The notes below the pieces were generated by a model that worked only from the letters and a program-made list of their open reading frames with translations, was not told the DNA's origin and ran no database searches. Positions 59,540-64,000 of a DNA stretch of 64,000 bases are shown piece by piece (the stretch's first letter is position 1; each line of letters opens with the position of its first letter). The translations under genes and the position numbers were made by a program. Origin of the DNA: Candidatus Deferrimicrobiaceae bacterium (lineage in GTDB: Bacteria; Desulfobacterota; Deferrimicrobia; Deferrimicrobiales; Deferrimicrobiaceae); assembly GCA_963725055.1 (NCBI GenBank), contig CAVRXE010000004.1, positions 809,234 through 873,233 of the forward strand, read 5' to 3'.

Positions 59540-60420
59540 GTGCTGGGCGCCTTGGCAATCGTTGAGGCCAGAAACTGTAATCCGTTGGCACCGCGCGGGC
59601 TTTCGTTTGATCTGGCGATGGAAGTCAAAATCGCTTGGCGGCCGTCCGAAGCTGTCGGCAGAAATCGGAAATTGATCCGCGACATCAGCCTGGCCAACCC
59701 ACTCTGGGGCGCTCCGAATCCATGGAGAACTCCTCGAGCTCGGCGTCTACGTTGGTCAAACCTCGGTCGCCAAGTACATGGCAAGACACAGGAGACCCCC
59801 ATCCCAAGGGTGGAGGACATTCCTCTACAGCCACGCCGATGGGATCGCCTCATGGAATTCTTCGTCGTTCTGACACTCTGTTTCGACTACTTTACGGCTT
59901 GCTCATTCTAACGCCGTCTCTCCTACTCCTCCCCCCCTCCCTCCCCCCCTCCCCCCTCTCCTTCTCTTCCCTCCCCTCCCATCCCACGGCCGGCGTCAAA
60001 TCTTATGGCTGGGAGTGACGGCACACCCGAGCGCCGAATGGATGGCTCGGCAACCATCGAAGCATCCGGTGGGAATGCCCAACGACGTACATCGTCCGCG
60101 CAAAATTTTTACCCGGCGGTTTCGCGCTATGGGTATTCGCGACCGGCCAACCGCGCCCCGATCGCCATGGCAGAATGGACGTACGCAACGGCTGATTGGC
60201 TGGATCCGACGGGAATGTCTGGGCCATGTCGCGTCGGCGAGCGGCACCTGCGCCATGTGCTCCTCTCGTATACGCACTATTACAACGGAGCCCGGACACA
60301 TTTATCTGAAACAGGATACGCCAATACCGCGGGCTGTTCAGGCCATCAGGTGCATTCTTCCAATGCCAATTCTCAGCGGATTACACCATCAGTATTTCGG
60401 ATTTGATTTGCGACATGGAC
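59540..60420 (+). pseudogene. Degenerate integrase-core (rve) transposase
   Basis: Fragments across frames: ETVIRWHRAGFR, NPLWGAP, SQGWRTFL, LWLGVTAHPSAEW, SPWQNG..IRRECL, LSGLHHQY. Confidence 0.8.
59917..59985. repeat. Low-complexity C/T tract
   Basis: About 65 nt almost entirely C and T, interrupting the transposase remnant. Confidence 0.8.
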
Positions 60421-60476
60421 AATATTGGCGAACAAAATGCATCCCGATCTACCTATGACGTCAAACAAACACAGCT

Positions 60477-60823
60477 TTATCCAGCCGCCCGTTTCCTGCG
60501 CATCCCCCAACCAATTCCATCCAGGAGATAAGCCATCCGAGCGGTACTGATCGCTACCACGCCGTCGGCGACGAAAGGCCAAAGAAACGGGCCACGCTCC
60601 AATCTGTTTGAACCGGCAGGCGCCTTGTCCATCGTGCCAATGATTCACATTTCTTCTTCTTGCCGCCCCGCTTTCCATCACCGAGATCGATCTCGATCAG
60701 CCCTGTCTTCTTCGCTGCAGATTGGGCTGAACGCGGCGGCTCTTCTGCCAGCGCTGTCTGCTGCGCGGCAGTTGGGCGCGGCGTCATGGACTGGGGCCAA
60801 ACCCGGAGCCGCAGGTTCGCCAA
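60477..60823 (-). mobile_element. IS66-family remnant (TnpA tail plus TnpB fragment)
   Basis: GLIEIDLGDG TnpA-like tail; WHDGQGAC..RLERGPFLWP..VAIS..MAYLLDGI TnpB-like segment with indels. Confidence 0.7.
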
Positions 60824-60987
60824 GTCCTTCGTTCTCGCTTCGCGACGCCAGGAAAAGATCAGACTTGGAGCGATTGCATGCCTGCGTGCGACCGCTGACC
60901 TAAAGAACTCAATTCAAGGTCACATGCTTCGCACATACCAATCAATCAAGGCGGTCCTCACCAAAAGGACACGATTCGACTGCCGGG

Positions 60988-63606
60988 TCACCGAACTTGC
61001 AGCGTCACCATGCTGATGTCGTCGCGGAGCGGGGTATTGCCACTGAAGGCACGCACCTCGGCCAACAGCTGTTCGATCAACGCTTCCGGCGGAAGCGTCC
61101 GGTAGGCGGAGAACAGGGCGCAGAGGCGAGCGACGTCGAAAAATTCCCCCTCTGGGTTTTGGGCGTCGGTAACTCCGTCGGTGTACAGCAATAGTCTGTC
61201 GCCGGCGGCCAGCTCTATGCTCCTCTCTTCGAAGTCGACTTCGCGCCGGACACCCAGCACTAGGCCTTCCGCATCCAGAGGTGTGCAGGTCGCATCCCCC
61301 AGCCGTAACAGCAACGCCAAATTATGGCCAGCATTGGCGTACTTCAACGTGCGGGTATCCGATAGATATTCCAGATAAAACATCGTGATGAACAATTCGA
61401 CCCCGGTCAAATCGTCGTATAGGAGCTCGTTCAGATCGCGTAGGACTTGCGCGGGCCCCACCGGAGCCCCGGCCACCTTGCGGGTGCCCGCGCGGAGGGT
61501 GCTGCGCACTTCGGCCATGATGAGGGCGGCACCTACGCTGTGGCCGGACACGTCGGCGATGACGACGTCCACAGCTCCAGAAGTGTGAAAGAAGTCGAAA
61601 TAATCGCCCCCCACGTGACTGGCAGGCACGCACACTCCTGCGAGTTCGGCGGTCGGCAGACGCAACGGGGCGTCCGGTAGGAGCGAGAGCTGGATATGCT
61701 TGGCGATCTCCAGTTCGTGCCGGCTTTCCTCCGCCCGCCGACGCTCGGTCACATCGGTCTGGATGCCGATATAGTGGGTCAGTTTGCCCGTGTCGTCGAC
61801 TACCGGCGAGATTAGCAACTCATTCCAGAACGGCGCGCCCCCCTTGCGGTAGTTTTTCAAGACTACTTCGCAGCTACGTCCGGTATTGATGGCTTGGCGG
61901 ATTTGTTCGACCGCCGCGGGATCCGTGTCCGGCCCTTGCAGCAACCGCATGTTCTGGCGGAGCAATTCCTCGCGCGAATAGCCCGTGATGCGGCTCAGCG
62001 CGGGGTTGACATAGATATTGGGATTACCTTGCGCCTGGGCGTCGGTGATGACGATACCCACGTGGGTGGCTTCGATGGCGCGGTCGCGCACGCGCAAGGC
62101 ATCCTCGAAGGCCTTGCGGGCAGTGACGTCGTGATCCACCCCGCGCCATTTGATGAGTTTGCCCTGCTTGTCAAAGATCGGCGCGCCAGTGGATTCGGTA
62201 TAGACCTCATGTCCGTCCTTGTGGCGGTAGCGGTTAACCAAGCGATGGAACGGTTGACGGATGTCGGCCGAGGGGAATGGAATCGCTTCCGTCCAATGCT
62301 TGCGATCTTCCGCGGTCAACAGATCGAGGTAATGCTTGCCGCGGATTTCCACGGGCGTAAACCCCAGGATGTCCTGCACCGCACCGCTGCTGTAAATGTA
62401 ATGGCCTTCCGGATCTTGTTCCCATAGCCATTCGCCGGCCATTTCCGCCACTTGGCGGAACCGTGCTTCACTTTCGGCAAGCGCTTCCTTGTCTTGTTTT
62501 TGTTCGGTGATATCCTGCTGGATGGCCAGGTAATGGGTGATCTCGCCCTGCGTATTGCGGAGCGGGGTAATGGTTTCCAAGGCCCAATAAAGCTCGCCAT
62601 TCTTTTTGCGATCCTGGATCTCGCCGCGCCACTCGCGGCCGTCCAGGATGGTCTCCCATAGGCGTCGGTACCGCTCATGGCCCGTATGGCCGGATTGCAA
62701 GAGGTGCGGATTCTGGCCGACGAGTTCGCCGGCGCTATAACCAGTGAGGCGGGAAAAAGCGTGGTTCACGTATTCGATTTGTCCGTCCAAGGCAGTAATC
62801 AGCACTGCTGCAGGACTTTGATCCACCGCGGCGGACAGGGTGAGAAGCTGTTCCTCAGCGCGCTTGCGTTGGGTCAGATCGTGGATGATACCGGCGAAGA
62901 GGTGGCGCCCGTCCAGGCGCATCTCGCCGACGGACAAATACAACGGGAAAACCGTGCCGTTCTTGCGCTGACCGGATACTTCCCGCCCGATGCCAATGAT
63001 CTTCTTGATGCCGGTCCTGAGGTAAGTGGCGATGTAGCCGTCGTGAGCCTCCCGGTACGGAGAGGGCATCAGCGTCTTGACGTTTTGACCGAGCAGTTCG
63101 TCCTGGCGGTAGCCGAACAGCCGCTCCGCACCCGACGTGAACAATTGGATTGCGCCGCTTTGGTCAATGACGATAAGCCCGTCAGAAATAGTGTCGAAGA
63201 TGGCACCGAGCTTTGCTTCGATATCGCGGAGAGCAATGTCGCAAGCGGGGCCGCGCTCGCGTTCCCGGAACTTCAACAGCGTCGGACCAGCGTCATCTCG
63301 CCCCAGCGGTTGTAGCGCGCAGGCCACGCCGAGCACGCTGCCATCCTTGCGGCGAAACTGGGCGAGGTCCTGGCGGAACGCCGAACGCCGGTCGAAAGCC
63401 TCCCCGACGCCGAACTGGGGCGCGCCACCCTCCTGCGCGACTTCGAGGTCGGAAAGAAATGGGCGGCCGAGCAGTTCGTCCTCGCGGTACCCTAGCAACC
63501 GCTCCGCCGCCGCGTTCATGCAGCGCACCGCACCAGCCTCGTCCAATAGGCAGACGCCTTCCTCGAAGGCATCGAGGAGCGGGCGCAAGAGTGGTTTTTC
63601 TTCCAA
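60988..63606 (-). CDS. Five-PAS sensor with C-terminal SpoIIE/PP2C phosphatase (RsbU/RsbP-like)
   Basis: Repeated PAS/PAC units ending in DxT; IQLSLLP, VGGDYFD, IADVSGH, NAGHN, YTDGVTD and DDIS motifs. Confidence 0.93.
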   Translation of the reverse strand: MEEKPLLRPLLDAFEEGVCLLDEAGAVRCMNAAAERLLGYREDELLGRPFLSDLEVAQEGGAPQFGVGEAFDRRSAFRQDLAQFRRKDGSVLGVACALQPLGRDDAGPTLLKFRERERGPACDIALRDIEAKLGAIFDTISDGLIVIDQSGAIQLFTSGAERLFGYRQDELLGQNVKTLMPSPYREAHDGYIATYLRTGIKKIIGIGREVSGQRKNGTVFPLYLSVGEMRLDGRHLFAGIIHDLTQRKRAEEQLLTLSAAVDQSPAAVLITALDGQIEYVNHAFSRLTGYSAGELVGQNPHLLQSGHTGHERYRRLWETILDGREWRGEIQDRKKNGELYWALETITPLRNTQGEITHYLAIQQDITEQKQDKEALAESEARFRQVAEMAGEWLWEQDPEGHYIYSSGAVQDILGFTPVEIRGKHYLDLLTAEDRKHWTEAIPFPSADIRQPFHRLVNRYRHKDGHEVYTESTGAPIFDKQGKLIKWRGVDHDVTARKAFEDALRVRDRAIEATHVGIVITDAQAQGNPNIYVNPALSRITGYSREELLRQNMRLLQGPDTDPAAVEQIRQAINTGRSCEVVLKNYRKGGAPFWNELLISPVVDDTGKLTHYIGIQTDVTERRRAEESRHELEIAKHIQLSLLPDAPLRLPTAELAGVCVPASHVGGDYFDFFHTSGAVDVVIADVSGHSVGAALIMAEVRSTLRAGTRKVAGAPVGPAQVLRDLNELLYDDLTGVELFITMFYLEYLSDTRTLKYANAGHNLALLLRLGDATCTPLDAEGLVLGVRREVDFEERSIELAAGDRLLLYTDGVTDAQNPEGEFFDVARLCALFSAYRTLPPEALIEQLLAEVRAFSGNTPLRDDISMVTLQVR

Positions 63607-64000
63607 GATAGAAAACCTTTTACAGATACAACTTACAGATACAACGAAATCACTAGCTTCCGGGGTTCCCTTCCTCTGCTAGCGGGGACTGGTCGTGAAC
63701 GCTCAACAAACCCATTTCGATGATTGCACCGGTGCTAGGGAAGGTTGGGTGGGGCCGCACTAAACAGGGATTTCGTTCCTTTGGTGGCCTCCGTCCTTGT
63801 CTTTGCCGGGGGCTGATTTTAGGGCATCCTTCTGTTCCGTGGACAGGCAGGCGTTTCGGAGGAAGAAGACCGTCGACTTCATCCTGCCAAGGCGCCGCCC
63901 TCACCGTGATCGCTGGCCGCCTTTCTCGCAGGCGTCGATCAGGGCATCCAATTCGCCGCCAAGGGCGGCGAGGGCGTCAGGGCATCCGGAGCAATACGTC

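Noticed and set aside
1-64000. CRISPR array, rRNA, prophage or defence operon
   Set aside because: No regularly spaced repeats and no recognisable cas, phage structural or restriction genes were seen
63653-64000. Possible gene end on the minus strand and short AGGGCATCC repeats
   Set aside because: Frames are broken by stops, no family is recognisable, and the repeats are too short

Overview
Bases 1 to about 56,423 are a GC-rich bacterial chromosome segment. Its gene order looks deltaproteobacterial, possibly Deferrimicrobium/MBNT15-like, though that is an impression and was not tested. It carries ddl-ftsQAZ, maf-yggS-proC-yggT, ilvE, an FKBP, thiC with a TPP riboswitch, alr-mlaEFD, purHDE-tsaC, mltD, rplU-rpmA-obgE-proBA-nadD-rsfS and moxR-DUF58-transglutaminase-yifB. 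Accessory parts are: a decaying patch (about 12.6-20.9 kb) next to tRNA-Leu(CAA); an intact IS1202-type element with a 17-bp target duplication; two ERIC-like hairpin elements that share an internal core but have different terminal repeats; and a microprotein island (49.6-50.5 kb) that includes a 9-Cys metallothionein-like peptide missed by the ORF track. At 56,423/56,424 the sequence switches abruptly to indel-rich DNA: the hutH 3' end, hutG, hutU, degenerate IS remnants and a 5-PAS SpoIIE phosphatase. This is most likely a chimeric or low-quality assembly join. Several single-base frameshifts look like sequencing errors. No CRISPR array and no clearly novel multi-gene system was found. The best leads are the small non-coding elements, the microproteins and rsfS lacking a canonical start codon.
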